From Nitrospinales bacterium (GTDB taxonomy: Bacteria; Nitrospinota; Nitrospinia; Nitrospinales; VA-1): a stretch of 64,000 bases of DNA. A program made the position numbers and the translations under genes. Below, piece by piece: positions 12,681 through 22,671 of this stretch. A model generated the notes under the pieces. That model did not search any database. It saw nothing but the letters and a program-made list of their open reading frames with translations, and was not told the DNA's origin. Position 1 is the stretch's first letter, and each line of letters begins with the position of its first letter. The stretch is from NCBI GenBank assembly GCA_965223345.1, contig CBDCWG010000012.1, positions 512,001 to 576,000 of the forward strand, given 5' to 3'.

Positions 12681-13487
12681 TCACCGTAAAGCGACTGTGG
12701 ATCGCGCCAGCTCTTCAAGCGTCTGCCGCCCCTGTTCGAGCAACGCGGGTTCCGTGTCCTTTTGCGCGTACAACTGAAACACCAGCACGTCTTTTTGCAG
12801 CGGGATTCCATACAGGGCACGGGTTTCTCCGGCGATGCGGAATTCACCGCGATAGAGCGCCGCTGTGTCTGTAAAGGGCTCTTCGGTCACGGTCAGCGAG
12901 CCTTTGCGGGCGGGGGGATGAAACTCCGGGAACACCTCAAGATACGATTTGACCAGATTCTCGGGAACCGGGTTGAAGGTATCGTATTTCCAGGTGCGGA
13001 ACAGCCGGACCAATTGCCCCCTGGAGGTGGAAGCGGCCAGGATGTTCATTTTCCCGGATGCGTGACGGAATCCGATGTCCACCTTGAAGATGTACTTGCG
13101 TTTGGGCGGCACGATTCTGGGAAGCCGGTCGCGGCTGAAGTCGGTGCGGTTTCGATCGCGGCGGTATCGGTGGTATTCCTCCAGCGGCTTGGGCTGCTCG
13201 ACGCGAAAGCCGAAATCCCGGTTGTAGGTCCAGGCGTCGGGATCGATCTGCCAGGCGGCGCCGGGAAGGAAGAACGCGTAGCCGCGGAAATCCTGCACGA
13301 AGCGGTTCGCTTCGATTTTTGTTGTCGAACAGGCGGACAGCGCAGCCACAATCAGCAGCACGCCCAATCCCGCCCGTATCGCTGTTTTCCAGAGAGGCCG
13401 CGCACAGCCACGCGCTTTCTGCGCAACCTGCGGCCGAGTGCGGGCATTGATGAGAGCGGGGCTGGGAAGGATCGCAAGTCGTTTCAT
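12681..13487 (-). CDS. Hypothetical lipoprotein
   Basis: Hydrophobic stretch and lipobox LSAC; no recognisable family; start uncertain. Confidence 0.6.
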   Translation of the reverse strand: MKRLAILPSPALINARTRPQVAQKARGCARPLWKTAIRAGLGVLLIVAALSACSTTKIEANRFVQDFRGYAFFLPGAAWQIDPDAWTYNRDFGFRVEQPKPLEEYHRYRRDRNRTDFSRDRLPRIVPPKRKYIFKVDIGFRHASGKMNILAASTSRGQLVRLFRTWKYDTFNPVPENLVKSYLEVFPEFHPPARKGSLTVTEEPFTDTAALYRGEFRIAGETRALYGIPLQKDVLVFQLYAQKDTEPALLEQGRQTLEELARSTVALR

Positions 13488-13897
13488 GAGGACGCGTCCA
13501 TGGTATCAAGGCCTGAGAGAAACGCAACGGTTTCGCGGCCCCTGCATCCGGCCGCAGGTCACAAAGCCGGCGGTCTGCCGCCTGGGATGGGGCACCGTTC
13601 GCTTTTAGAATCATTTTCGCTTGTGCGGCTTTTTCAGGAGCCGCGTCCCGGGGATGGAAACGGTCTTTTCCGCAGTGTGAAATCCACCCTCTCCGGCCCG
13701 TAAACCATTGATAACAATTGACTCTCACCCCAATATCCGCTACCCTATAAATACCTTTCCCTTCTTTGTATGTTCAAAAGGTGTGCGGTGTTCCCCTCGT
13801 TTTTTGAGGAAGCGATTGTTGCAAAGCAGTCTCCCCGATGAGGGCCGACGCCGTGCGATGGCAATGAGCGGTTTTTTTCTTTTTTCCGGATTTTTCG

Positions 13898-14359
13898 ATG
13901 CGAACAGCTAACGGCGAACCTGTGATTCTGGTGGTGGAAGACAGCGAGGTCGATTATGAAACCACGCTGCGCGCCTTCCGGGCGGCAGGGGTGAAAAAAG
14001 GCCTGCACCACTGTGCCGACGGCGAGCAGGCTCTGGATTATCTTTACCGGCGCGGAGAATACGCCGCCCCCAACAGCGCACCGGTGCCCGACCTGATCCT
14101 GCTGGACCTCAACCTTCCGGGAACGGACGGCATCAAGGTGATCGAAGAGATCAAGGGCGACCCGAAGCTGCGCGGCATCCCCGTCATCATTCTGTCCACC
14201 TCTTCGCTCATCAGGGACATCGACGCCTCGTATCGGGCCGGAGCCAATGCGTACATCAACAAGCCGTTAACGCTTGAGGAATTCTACGACACCATCCAGG
14301 CGTTCAAGGAGTTCTGGATCAACCGCGCCCTGCTGCCCACCGAGGAGTTGCAACCATGA
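13898..14359 (+). CDS. Single-domain response regulator, Rcp1-like
   Basis: 'ILVVEDS', 'DGEQALDYL', 'PDLILLDLNLPG', 'GANAYINKP', C-terminal 'FW'. Confidence 0.9.
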   Translation: MRTANGEPVILVVEDSEVDYETTLRAFRAAGVKKGLHHCADGEQALDYLYRRGEYAAPNSAPVPDLILLDLNLPGTDGIKVIEEIKGDPKLRGIPVIILSTSSLIRDIDASYRAGANAYINKPLTLEEFYDTIQAFKEFWINRALLPTEELQP

Positions 14360-15399
14360 ACGCGAGGAACGCTCCGATCAAATTATTGCTGATCGACGAC
14401 ACGGGTGAAGACCGGCTGCTGTACCGCCGTTTGATCAGCCAGGGTGCGTTCCAGGATTGCGAAATCATCGAAAGCGTCACGGGTGAGCAAGGCCTGAGCC
14501 GCTGCCTGGAACAAAAGCCGGATTGTGTGCTGATCGATTACCGCCTGCCGGACCTCGACGGTTTGCAGCTTCTTTCCCGCCTGCGAACGCATTCGTTTGC
14601 GGGAGCGCTGATCATGGTCACCGGCCAGGGGGACGAAACCGTGGCGGTTCAGGCCATGAAAGAAGGGGCGGAGGATTACCTGATCAAAGACAACCTCACG
14701 GTGGAGAGCCTGCAGGCGACCATCACCAAAGCGCTGAAATGCCACAAACTGCAGGAAGCCAAGAAGCGGGCGGAGGAAAAACTCAAGGAGTACACGGCGA
14801 AACTTAAGGAAAGCAACGAATCCAAAGACAGCCTGATCCGGGAGCTCACAAAGCTCAGGAACGATCTGGAGATCTTCGCAAAAACCGATCCGCTGACCGG
14901 GCTTTTCAACCGCCGTGAAATGGAGGAGAAACTGCGCTACGAGAAAATCCGCTTCGAACGCTCGCGCAAACCCTTCTCGCTGATCCTGGCCGACATCGAC
15001 CATTTCAAGAAAATCAACGACACGCACGGCCACGCAGCGGGAGACCGGGTTCTGCAATACGTCGCGGACACGTTCCGGGCCCAGTCCCGCAAGCAGGACG
15101 TGGTGTGCCGCTGGGGCGGCGAGGAATTCATCATCTTCCTTCCGGAAACCCATCTCGAAGGCGCCATCGTTCTGGCCAACAAACTCCGTTCGCACCTCGC
15201 ATCCCAGCAGATCGACGCGCAAACCCATCCCCTGTCCATCACTCTGAGTTTCGGGGTCAGCACCTACAACAACGACCGCCTGACCGTCGAAGGTTTGATC
15301 AAGGAAGCGGACGATTGTCTGTACCAGGCCAAGCGGAAGGGGCGCAATTCCCTGATCTACGTCTCCCACGTCCACAAATTGATGGAAAACTGCGCCTGA
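14356..15399 (+). CDS. REC-GGDEF diguanylate cyclase
   Basis: N-terminal REC; 'DPLTGLFNRR', 'DIDHFKKINDTHGH', I-site RKQD, active 'GGEEF'; ATGA overlap with upstream gene. Confidence 0.93.
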   Translation: MNARNAPIKLLLIDDTGEDRLLYRRLISQGAFQDCEIIESVTGEQGLSRCLEQKPDCVLIDYRLPDLDGLQLLSRLRTHSFAGALIMVTGQGDETVAVQAMKEGAEDYLIKDNLTVESLQATITKALKCHKLQEAKKRAEEKLKEYTAKLKESNESKDSLIRELTKLRNDLEIFAKTDPLTGLFNRREMEEKLRYEKIRFERSRKPFSLILADIDHFKKINDTHGHAAGDRVLQYVADTFRAQSRKQDVVCRWGGEEFIIFLPETHLEGAIVLANKLRSHLASQQIDAQTHPLSITLSFGVSTYNNDRLTVEGLIKEADDCLYQAKRKGRNSLIYVSHVHKLMENCA

Positions 15400-15543
15400 G
15401 CCGCACCCCGTTTCAATCGCCTCCCCATCTATAGAACTCTTTAAATTCGAATATTTATAGGCATACCGGTGCGCGCGCCGGCACGCGCGCAGAGATCGAA
15501 CAGCTGTGCCCCATCCTCCACCAAAGCATAAGCATTTGAAATA

Positions 15544-15571
15544 TTGACAATTTCCAGCCCGATGGTACAAT
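15544..15571 (+). promoter_or_regulatory. Sigma70-type promoter
   Basis: TTGACA-16 nt-TACAAT with TG extension, ~50 nt upstream of 15623. Confidence 0.6.
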
Positions 15572-15622
15572 TAACTACACCCTTTCTTTCATTGTATAAA
15601 TAAAACCAGGGGAATTCCCGCA

Positions 15623-16627
15623 ATGAATCTCAATCACGCACCCCAGAGAACCGTGGCAGAAAAACCGACTGTCAAACTGCTGATCGTGGATGACAATTCC
15701 GAAGACAGGGAAACCTACAAGCGCCTTGTGCGGAATTCGAAAGAAGCCGAATTTTCCTTTCTGGAATCGGACACGGGGGAAAAAGGCCTCGATCTTTGTC
15801 TGCGGGAAAAACCCGATTGCGTTCTTCTCGATTACATCCTTCCCGATACCGACGGTCTGGAGTTCATCGCATCGCTCAAAGAAATGTCCCGGGCGCTGCC
15901 GGTGATCATGCTCACGGGACAGGGGGACGAGACGGTGGCGGTGCTGGCGATGAAGGAAGGGGCGGAAGACTATCTGGTGAAGGAGCACATCACGTCTTCG
16001 CTGTTGAAGACAACTATCTTCAAATCCTTGAGGTACAACGGCAAGGGCCGCAACGGCCCGCATCCCCAGGGCGCCCGCCCCAGCCCCAGCAACGGGGAGC
16101 CGGAATCGAACGACACGCCCACGAATGAAAAAGCGCTGATTTCCGAAATCCAGTTCCTGAAGAAAAAACTCGAGCAAGGCACTTCCGATCCGGTGACGGG
16201 CCTGCCCAATCGCAACGGCATGACAGAAAAGCTGCATTCCGAAAGGGTGCGCTACGAACGCAACCGCATGCCCTTCTCCATGATCGTGGCGGACATCGAC
16301 GATTTCGCGCTGTTGCAGGCGAAACACGGTCCGGAAACCGCAGACGGGATCCTCGTGCAGGTGGCGGACATTCTGAAGAACTCCTGCCGCGAACTGGACA
16401 TGGTCGGACGCTGGGATGGCGAACGCTTTCTCATCCTGTTGCCCGAGACCAATATGGAAGGCGGCTCGGTGCTGGCGGAAAAGTATTGCCAGCAGATCGA
16501 ATCGCAGAAATTCGTGTTCAAGAAACAGGAAATCCCGCTCAGCATGAGCTTTCGCGTCGGGGTTTTCGACGACCCCCGCCTGAAAATGGAGGATTGCATC
16601 CAGCAGATGGATGTGCGCTTCCATTGA
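15623..16627 (+). CDS. REC-GGDEF protein with degenerate active site (DGERF)
   Basis: Paralogue of the upstream gene; 'CRELDMVGRWDGERF'; lacks the NDxxGH motif. Confidence 0.88.
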   Translation: MNLNHAPQRTVAEKPTVKLLIVDDNSEDRETYKRLVRNSKEAEFSFLESDTGEKGLDLCLREKPDCVLLDYILPDTDGLEFIASLKEMSRALPVIMLTGQGDETVAVLAMKEGAEDYLVKEHITSSLLKTTIFKSLRYNGKGRNGPHPQGARPSPSNGEPESNDTPTNEKALISEIQFLKKKLEQGTSDPVTGLPNRNGMTEKLHSERVRYERNRMPFSMIVADIDDFALLQAKHGPETADGILVQVADILKNSCRELDMVGRWDGERFLILLPETNMEGGSVLAEKYCQQIESQKFVFKKQEIPLSMSFRVGVFDDPRLKMEDCIQQMDVRFH

Positions 16628-16917
16628 TTGCACTGCGCCGCTCCCGCTGACAGGCGTCCCTCCCCGCACGCAATTGGCAATGCATCCCCCTTTCGCCGAT
16701 TTTTTGCCCCCTCCGCAGGCCCGATTCGAAACGCTCTGAATTTCCGTCCCTTGTCTGAATTCCCGCCGGTCGCCCTTTTTTCCTGACCCCTTCCTGTTTC
16801 GCTCTTCCGATGAAATCGCCCTCTTTTTGTCTCACCAGCAGCCCCAAATTTCATCTAATTACTTGTTTTTTATAGATATTTATGGCCTAATGGAGATTCA
16901 TCCCAATTAAAAAAAAT

Positions 16918-18558
16918 ATGGCCAGGGCGAAACCCATGAGCGAATTAAAGTCATTTTCCGTACCCCATACGCGGGGCAGCATCCTCACCAACCGCCTGTT
17001 TATGGTGGGTCTTTTGTGGACGGCGGTGATTCTGGCGATCGACCTTTCCGCCCCCCTGGGGGTGGCCGGTGGGGTGCCCTATGTCGGCCTGGTTCTGCTG
17101 AGCCTGTGGCTGCCGCAAAAGTGGTACATCAATTTCGCCGCGCTGGGCGCCACGCTTCTCAACGTCATCGCGTTTTTCAAATCGTACACTCCGTCCGCCG
17201 ATCTGCTCATCGTGCTGTCCAACCGCTTCATCGCGGTCTTCGCCATCTGGGTGACGGCGCTGCTCTGCTATCTGTACAAGCGCGACGAGGAAACGCTGGA
17301 AGTGCGCACGCGGGAGCTGGGAGAAACGCTGAAAACCGTGGAGCAGATGAACATCCAGCTCAAGGAAGCCAACCAAGAGCGCAGCCGTTTTTTGTCCTCG
17401 ATGAGCCATGAGCTCAGGACGCCGTTGAACGCGATTCTGGGATTCGCCGACCTGTTGAATGGAAAATTTTTCGGTAGCCTCAACGAAAAGCAGCTGGGCT
17501 ACGTCAACCAGATCGAGAAAAGCGGCAAGCATCTTCTGGATCTGATCAACGATCTGTTGGACATCGCGAAAATCGACGCCGGCGCCACCGAACTCAATCT
17601 GGAGGAATTCGAACCCAAGGAATTTCTGCTGGGATCGGTGACGCTGATGCAGCCGCAATTCAAGAAAAAGGACCTGCAGGTCAAACTGTTTCTCGATCCT
17701 TCGCTGAACTCGCTGACCGGCGACAGGCGGCGCTGCAATCAGATCATGCTCAACCTGCTTTCCAACGCTTACAAATACACGCCGGAAGGCGGACGCATCG
17801 AGGTGCGCGTCCTCAACAAAGGCAACACCGCCAAATTCCTGATTTCTGACACCGGCATCGGCATTCCGCCGGAGCAGCAGGAAAACATCTTTTCCGAGTT
17901 TCACCAGGCGGACCGGGAACGCGATGAAAATCTCGGCGGCACCGGCATCGGGCTCGCCCTGACGCGCAGGCTGGTGGAATTTCACGGCGGCCAGATCGGC
18001 GTCGAAAGTGAACTGGAAAAAGGCAGCACCTTCTGGTTCACGCTGCCTGTGAACGAGCAGGCAACGCAAAAAGACGCGTCCAAGGAGGAAACCGCCAAAC
18101 TGAACGATTCGGCCGTGTCCGGGAAACGCATCCTTGTGGTCGAGGACAACGACGTCAACCTCGCCATGATCCTCGATATGCTGAGCATCTTCGAGTTCAA
18201 GGTGATCGTGGCCCGCAACGGTCAGGAGGCCCTGGATCTCACCACGGCCAACAAACCGGACCTGATCCTCATGGACATCCGCATGCCCGTCATGGACGGC
18301 CTGGAAGCGACCCGCCGCTTGCGGGCGCAGCCGGAATTCGAAAAGCTGCCGATCCTGGCGCTCACCGCCAGTGCCGGACAGGAAGGCAGGGAGCGCTGCC
18401 TGGAAGCGGGATGCACGGCGCACCTCACCAAACCGATCCAGTCCAAGGAACTGTTCGATGCGATGTCCAAATATCTGGGGCAGGACATCACCACCGATAT
18501 GGTCCTGCATCCGGTGAAGAAGCAGGACGCTGCGGAAACCGAAGAAGTGAACTCCTAA
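16918..18558 (+). CDS. Membrane-bound hybrid histidine kinase (TM-HisKA-HATPase-REC)
   Basis: 3-4 TM helices; 'SMSHELRTPLN', 'NLLSNAYKYT', 'GGTGIGL', REC 'LILMDIRMPVMDG'. Confidence 0.93.
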   Translation: MARAKPMSELKSFSVPHTRGSILTNRLFMVGLLWTAVILAIDLSAPLGVAGGVPYVGLVLLSLWLPQKWYINFAALGATLLNVIAFFKSYTPSADLLIVLSNRFIAVFAIWVTALLCYLYKRDEETLEVRTRELGETLKTVEQMNIQLKEANQERSRFLSSMSHELRTPLNAILGFADLLNGKFFGSLNEKQLGYVNQIEKSGKHLLDLINDLLDIAKIDAGATELNLEEFEPKEFLLGSVTLMQPQFKKKDLQVKLFLDPSLNSLTGDRRRCNQIMLNLLSNAYKYTPEGGRIEVRVLNKGNTAKFLISDTGIGIPPEQQENIFSEFHQADRERDENLGGTGIGLALTRRLVEFHGGQIGVESELEKGSTFWFTLPVNEQATQKDASKEETAKLNDSAVSGKRILVVEDNDVNLAMILDMLSIFEFKVIVARNGQEALDLTTANKPDLILMDIRMPVMDGLEATRRLRAQPEFEKLPILALTASAGQEGRERCLEAGCTAHLTKPIQSKELFDAMSKYLGQDITTDMVLHPVKKQDAAETEEVNS

Positions 18559-18583
18559 ACGAAAGACCGAGGAAACAACCCGG

Positions 18584-19714
18584 ATGCTTTATTCGCCGAC
18601 ACCTTCGAACCACGACCTTCCCCTGAAAAAAGAACAAGGGACCGCCAAAGGCAAACCCGCCCGGCAGACGATCCTGATCGTGGACGATTCGGAAGCCAAC
18701 CGCATGGTTCTCAACGATCAGATCTTTGCTCTGGGGCACACGCCGGTGCTCGCGGAAAACGGTCTTTCGGCGTTGAGCAAAATCTCGGAAAATCCGCCGA
18801 GCCTCATCCTGCTGGATGTGATGATGCCGGAGATGAACGGCATCGAGGTGCTGGACCGCCTGAAACGGGACAGCCAGTTGTGCCACATCCCCGTGATCAT
18901 GGTCTCGGCACTGGATCAGATGAACAGCATCGTCCACTGCATCCAGAACGGCGCCTTGGACTACCTGGTCAAACCCTTCAACCCGACGCTGCTGAAAGCC
19001 CGGATCAACGCGGCGCTCGCCAGCAAGCAGTTGCACGACCAGGAACAGGCCTACCGGAAAAAAATCGAAAGCTACAACGTCCTGCTGGAACAGAAAGTGC
19101 GGGAGCGCACCCGGGAACTGGAGGAAACGCGGCTGGAAGTGGTGCACCGGCTGGGCCGTGCGGCGGAATACCGCGACTACGAAACGGGAATGCACGTCGT
19201 GCGCATGAGCCATCTCTGCCGCCTGCTCGGGCGAGCGGCGGGTCTGGACGAAAAGCAATGCCAGCTGCTCATGCTCGCCAGCCCCATGCACGATATCGGC
19301 AAGATCGGCATCCCGGACCAGATCCTGCTAAAGCCGGACAAGCTGAACGATGAGGAATGGGAAATCATGAAAACCCACACCACCATCGGCGGCAAGATCC
19401 TCGACGGCGGCCGCTCGGAACTGATGAAGATGGCGAGAACCATCGCGCTGACCCATCAGGAAAAATGGGACGGCAGCGGCTACCCGGCCGGGCTCAAAGA
19501 AAAAGAAATCCCGCTGGTGGGGCGCATTTCGGCGGTGTGCGACGTGTTCGACGCGCTGACTTCCGAGAGACCGTATAAAAAAGCCTTTTCCGTCGAATCC
19601 TCGATCCAGGTGATGCAACAGGGCCGGGCGCAGCATTTCGATCCCAAACTGTTCGATCTGTTCAAGGAAAACCTCCCACTCATGGTGGAGGTGATCAAGA
19701 AATACCGCGATTGA
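18584..19714 (+). CDS. REC-HD-GYP c-di-GMP phosphodiesterase (RpfG-like)
   Basis: REC, then 'ETGMHVVRM', 'MHDIGKIGIPD', 'HQEKWDGSGYP', 'DVFDALTSERPYK'. Confidence 0.93.
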   Translation: MLYSPTPSNHDLPLKKEQGTAKGKPARQTILIVDDSEANRMVLNDQIFALGHTPVLAENGLSALSKISENPPSLILLDVMMPEMNGIEVLDRLKRDSQLCHIPVIMVSALDQMNSIVHCIQNGALDYLVKPFNPTLLKARINAALASKQLHDQEQAYRKKIESYNVLLEQKVRERTRELEETRLEVVHRLGRAAEYRDYETGMHVVRMSHLCRLLGRAAGLDEKQCQLLMLASPMHDIGKIGIPDQILLKPDKLNDEEWEIMKTHTTIGGKILDGGRSELMKMARTIALTHQEKWDGSGYPAGLKEKEIPLVGRISAVCDVFDALTSERPYKKAFSVESSIQVMQQGRAQHFDPKLFDLFKENLPLMVEVIKKYRD

Positions 19715-19789
19715 CAAACGGGACACACCGTCCCGTCCGCAACGATTTTTTGCAGCCTGCTCACTCCTCTTGCACGGGTTGTGAATGTG

Positions 19790-19820
19790 AAAGGCCCCCG
19801 GGTTTTCCCGGGGGCCTTTT
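19790..19820. terminator. Rho-independent terminator
   Basis: AAAGGCCCCCGGG-TTTT-CCCGGGGGCCTTTT after the HD-GYP gene. Confidence 0.85.
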
Positions 19821-19933
19821 ATCTTGTGCCCGCCCTGCAACTAACACTACCTTTGCAGGCGGGGATGGGATACACTTTGGGCATGTTTCACCGGCCGTTT
19901 TTGTCAACCGCATCCAACCGGAAGAACAAACCC

Positions 19934-20404
19934 ATGTCCGTCTGGATCCCGCTCGCCCTGGTTCTCGGACTGCTGCTGGTTGTGCTGACCGGCTGCACGG
20001 GGAGCCCGCCGGCGACGCTCGGCACGTTTGCGGATTGCCCCGATTCGCCCAATTGCGTCTCCACGAAAGCCAAAGACGAAGCCCACGGCGTCCCGCCCAT
20101 TGAGACATCCCTCACGAAAAAGGAAACGCAAAAACGGATCCTCGACATCATCGCCTCCCTGCCCCGCACCCACGTGGTGACCCAGAGCGAAGACTACCTG
20201 CACGTGGAATTCACGTCGCTGCTGTTCCGTTTCGTGGACGATGTGGAGTTCTTTTTCGCCGAGGAAAACGGCAAGATTCACTTCCGCTCCGCCTCACGCC
20301 TCGGCCGTTCCGATCTGGGGGTCAACCGCAAGCGCATGGAAGGCATCCGCGAGCGCTTTGCCACCGCTTCCGAAAATCCGCCGGACGAATCGACAACATC
20401 TTAA
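19934..20404 (+). CDS. DUF1499 family lipoprotein
   Basis: Lipobox LTGC; 'CPDSPNCVST', 'FVDDVEF', 'SASRLGRSDLGVNRKR'. Confidence 0.9.
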   Translation: MSVWIPLALVLGLLLVVLTGCTGSPPATLGTFADCPDSPNCVSTKAKDEAHGVPPIETSLTKKETQKRILDIIASLPRTHVVTQSEDYLHVEFTSLLFRFVDDVEFFFAEENGKIHFRSASRLGRSDLGVNRKRMEGIRERFATASENPPDESTTS

Positions 20405-20511
20405 TCTTCAACGGCATCCGCCGCATCCGGGTTTCCCTCGGGCGCGAAATGGGCTAGACTTGCACCTCCCGTTCTATTTGATAACAATCGCTATGTTCAG
20501 GAGACGTTTCC

Positions 20512-22122
20512 ATGGAAAAGACCGCACTCGTCGATTGGTCCGAACTTGAGGACCGGGTTCCCGCCTACGGGCTGGTGGCCAATGTGGATCTCGTCATCGT
20601 GCGCCACGACGATGCCGTTTCGGTTTTCTACGGCCGCTGCCCGCACCGGGGGGCCCTGCTGGCGGACGGATCCGTGCAGGGCGAGAACCTGATCTGCGGC
20701 GTGCACAGCTGGGATTTCCGTTACGACACGGGCATCAGCGAATACAACAACGAGGAACAGCTGGAGAAGTTCAAAGCCTGGGTCGAAGACGGCAAGGTTT
20801 ATGTGGACGCGGCCGAAATCGCCGCCTGGGAGAAGGAGCACCCGCAGGCCTACGACCGCGACGCCTACCAGGGCCTGTACGCGGACCACACCGGCACGGA
20901 CGCGGAACCGCATGTGAACTTCATTCAGAAACTGGCCAGAGAGGGCCTGTCGAAAACCGGCGAGCACGGTCCGGTCGCGGCCATGGGCGTCTCGCACGAA
21001 GAGCTGCCCTCCTGGGACGACATCCAGGTGCTGACCGCGCAGGTCGCCCGCCTGCCGCTGCTGGAAGAACACGCGGTGGGGACGGAGGTGGTCATCGGCC
21101 CCAACGCCCAAAAACCGCTCAAGCTGGACATCCCGCTGCTGGTCTCCGACATGAGCTTCGGCGCGCTGTCCCTGGAAGCCAAGGTGGCGCTGGCGAAAGG
21201 GGCCGATCGTGCGGGCACCGGCATCTGCTCGGGAGAAGGGGGCATGCTGCCGGAGGAACAGGCGGCCAACAGCCGTTATTTTTACGAGCTGGCCTCGGGG
21301 CGCTTCGGTTTTTCCATGGACAAGGTGAAAAAATGCCAGGCCTTTCATTTCAAGGGCGGTCAGGGCGCCAAAACCGGCACCGGCGGGCACCTTCCCGGCT
21401 GCAAGGTCGATGCAAAAATCGCTTCGGTGCGCGGGCTTAAGGAAGGGGAACCGGCTGTGTCGCCGGCGCGGTTTCCCGACTGGGAGCACGAGAGCGATTA
21501 CCGCGATTTTGCAGATAAGGTGCGTTCGGAAACCGGCGGCATTCCCATCGGCTTCAAACTGTCGGCCCAGCACATCGAAGCGGACATCGACGCCGCGCTG
21601 CGCATCGGAGTCGATTACATCATCCTGGATGGCCGCGGCGGCGGCACGGGCGCGGCGCCGCTGATCTTCCGCGATCACATCTCGGTGCCCACAATCCCGG
21701 CACTGGCGCGGGCGCGCCGGCACCTGGACACTTTGGGGCGCAAGGACATCTCGCTTGTCATCACGGGCGGGCTGCGCACCCCGGCGGACTTCCTCAAAGC
21801 CCTGGCGCTGGGGGCGGATGCGGTGGCGGTCTCCAACGCGGCGCTGCAGGCGATCGGCTGTCTGGGCATGCGCGCCTGCCACACCAACAACTGCCCGGTG
21901 GGCATCGCGACGCAGCGCAAGGATCTGCGGGCCCGGTTGATCGTGGACGAATCGGCAGAGCGGCTCGCCCGTTTTTTCCACGCGGCTGTGGAACTGATGC
22001 AGGTTCTGTGCAGGGCGTGCGGGCACGATCACTTCAGCAAGATGTGCCCGAACGATCTGACCACCTTCAAAAAAGAAATGGCCGACCTTTCCGGCATCGC
22101 GTTCGGAGGCGTGGGCTCCTGA
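20512..22122 (+). CDS. Rieske [2Fe-2S] domain fused to FMN-binding glutamate synthase-like domain
   Basis: Rieske 'CPH...CGVH'; 'MSFGALS', 'GQGAKTGTGGHLPG', 'GGTGAAP', 3Fe-4S 'CLGMRACHTNNCP'. Confidence 0.9.
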   Translation: MEKTALVDWSELEDRVPAYGLVANVDLVIVRHDDAVSVFYGRCPHRGALLADGSVQGENLICGVHSWDFRYDTGISEYNNEEQLEKFKAWVEDGKVYVDAAEIAAWEKEHPQAYDRDAYQGLYADHTGTDAEPHVNFIQKLAREGLSKTGEHGPVAAMGVSHEELPSWDDIQVLTAQVARLPLLEEHAVGTEVVIGPNAQKPLKLDIPLLVSDMSFGALSLEAKVALAKGADRAGTGICSGEGGMLPEEQAANSRYFYELASGRFGFSMDKVKKCQAFHFKGGQGAKTGTGGHLPGCKVDAKIASVRGLKEGEPAVSPARFPDWEHESDYRDFADKVRSETGGIPIGFKLSAQHIEADIDAALRIGVDYIILDGRGGGTGAAPLIFRDHISVPTIPALARARRHLDTLGRKDISLVITGGLRTPADFLKALALGADAVAVSNAALQAIGCLGMRACHTNNCPVGIATQRKDLRARLIVDESAERLARFFHAAVELMQVLCRACGHDHFSKMCPNDLTTFKKEMADLSGIAFGGVGS

Positions 22123-22202
22123 CGGAGCCCGGCGTTTTCGCCGCCGAGCTTTTCCCCGTTTCAGCAAACATCCGACACACTGCGTTTCACAAAATCGATT
22201 TG

Positions 22203-22218
22203 TGTGACGCACCTCACA
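22203..22218. promoter_or_regulatory. CRP-family binding site
   Basis: TGTGA-CGCACC-TCACA, perfect CRP core consensus, intergenic. Confidence 0.55.
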
Positions 22219-22473
22219 CGCCCGTTGTTGCGATCGACGGCGTTCTCTTCCTTATGAAACAACGCTTGCGAGAAAAAAATTCGTTGCGCTGAAAAAATTT
22301 TAATTTTTTTCTTGCGCTTTGCGCCCAAACGCGCAACATTTGTTGTTACCACTTACAATTAATTTATGACCATCGGGGCCGCTTTCGTTTTTCCGCTCTG
22401 TGTTGTTTCGTGTGACGCTGGCGCGCAGGATGGGTTCCGAAGGTCCTTCCAATTCCAGAGGAAGGGGTCTGTG

Positions 22474-22671
22474 ATGAAACATACCGAAAAAGATTTTCTC
22501 TGCCCGTTTTGCAACGAACCGATGTCGCAGGTGCTGAACTTATCCGTGAACGGGCAAATCTGCACCGAATACTGTGAGATCTGCAACCATCGTTTCGCGG
22601 TCCGCTACAGCGTGCGCAACGGCAAGGTCGCCGAGTTCAAGGCGCAGCCATATTATTCCAACGTGGCGTGA
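22474..22671 (+). CDS. CPXCG-motif-like small cysteine-rich protein
   Basis: 65 aa; 'CPFCNE' and 'EYCEICNH'; RBS GAAGGGG. Confidence 0.75.
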   Translation: MKHTEKDFLCPFCNEPMSQVLNLSVNGQICTEYCEICNHRFAVRYSVRNGKVAEFKAQPYYSNVA

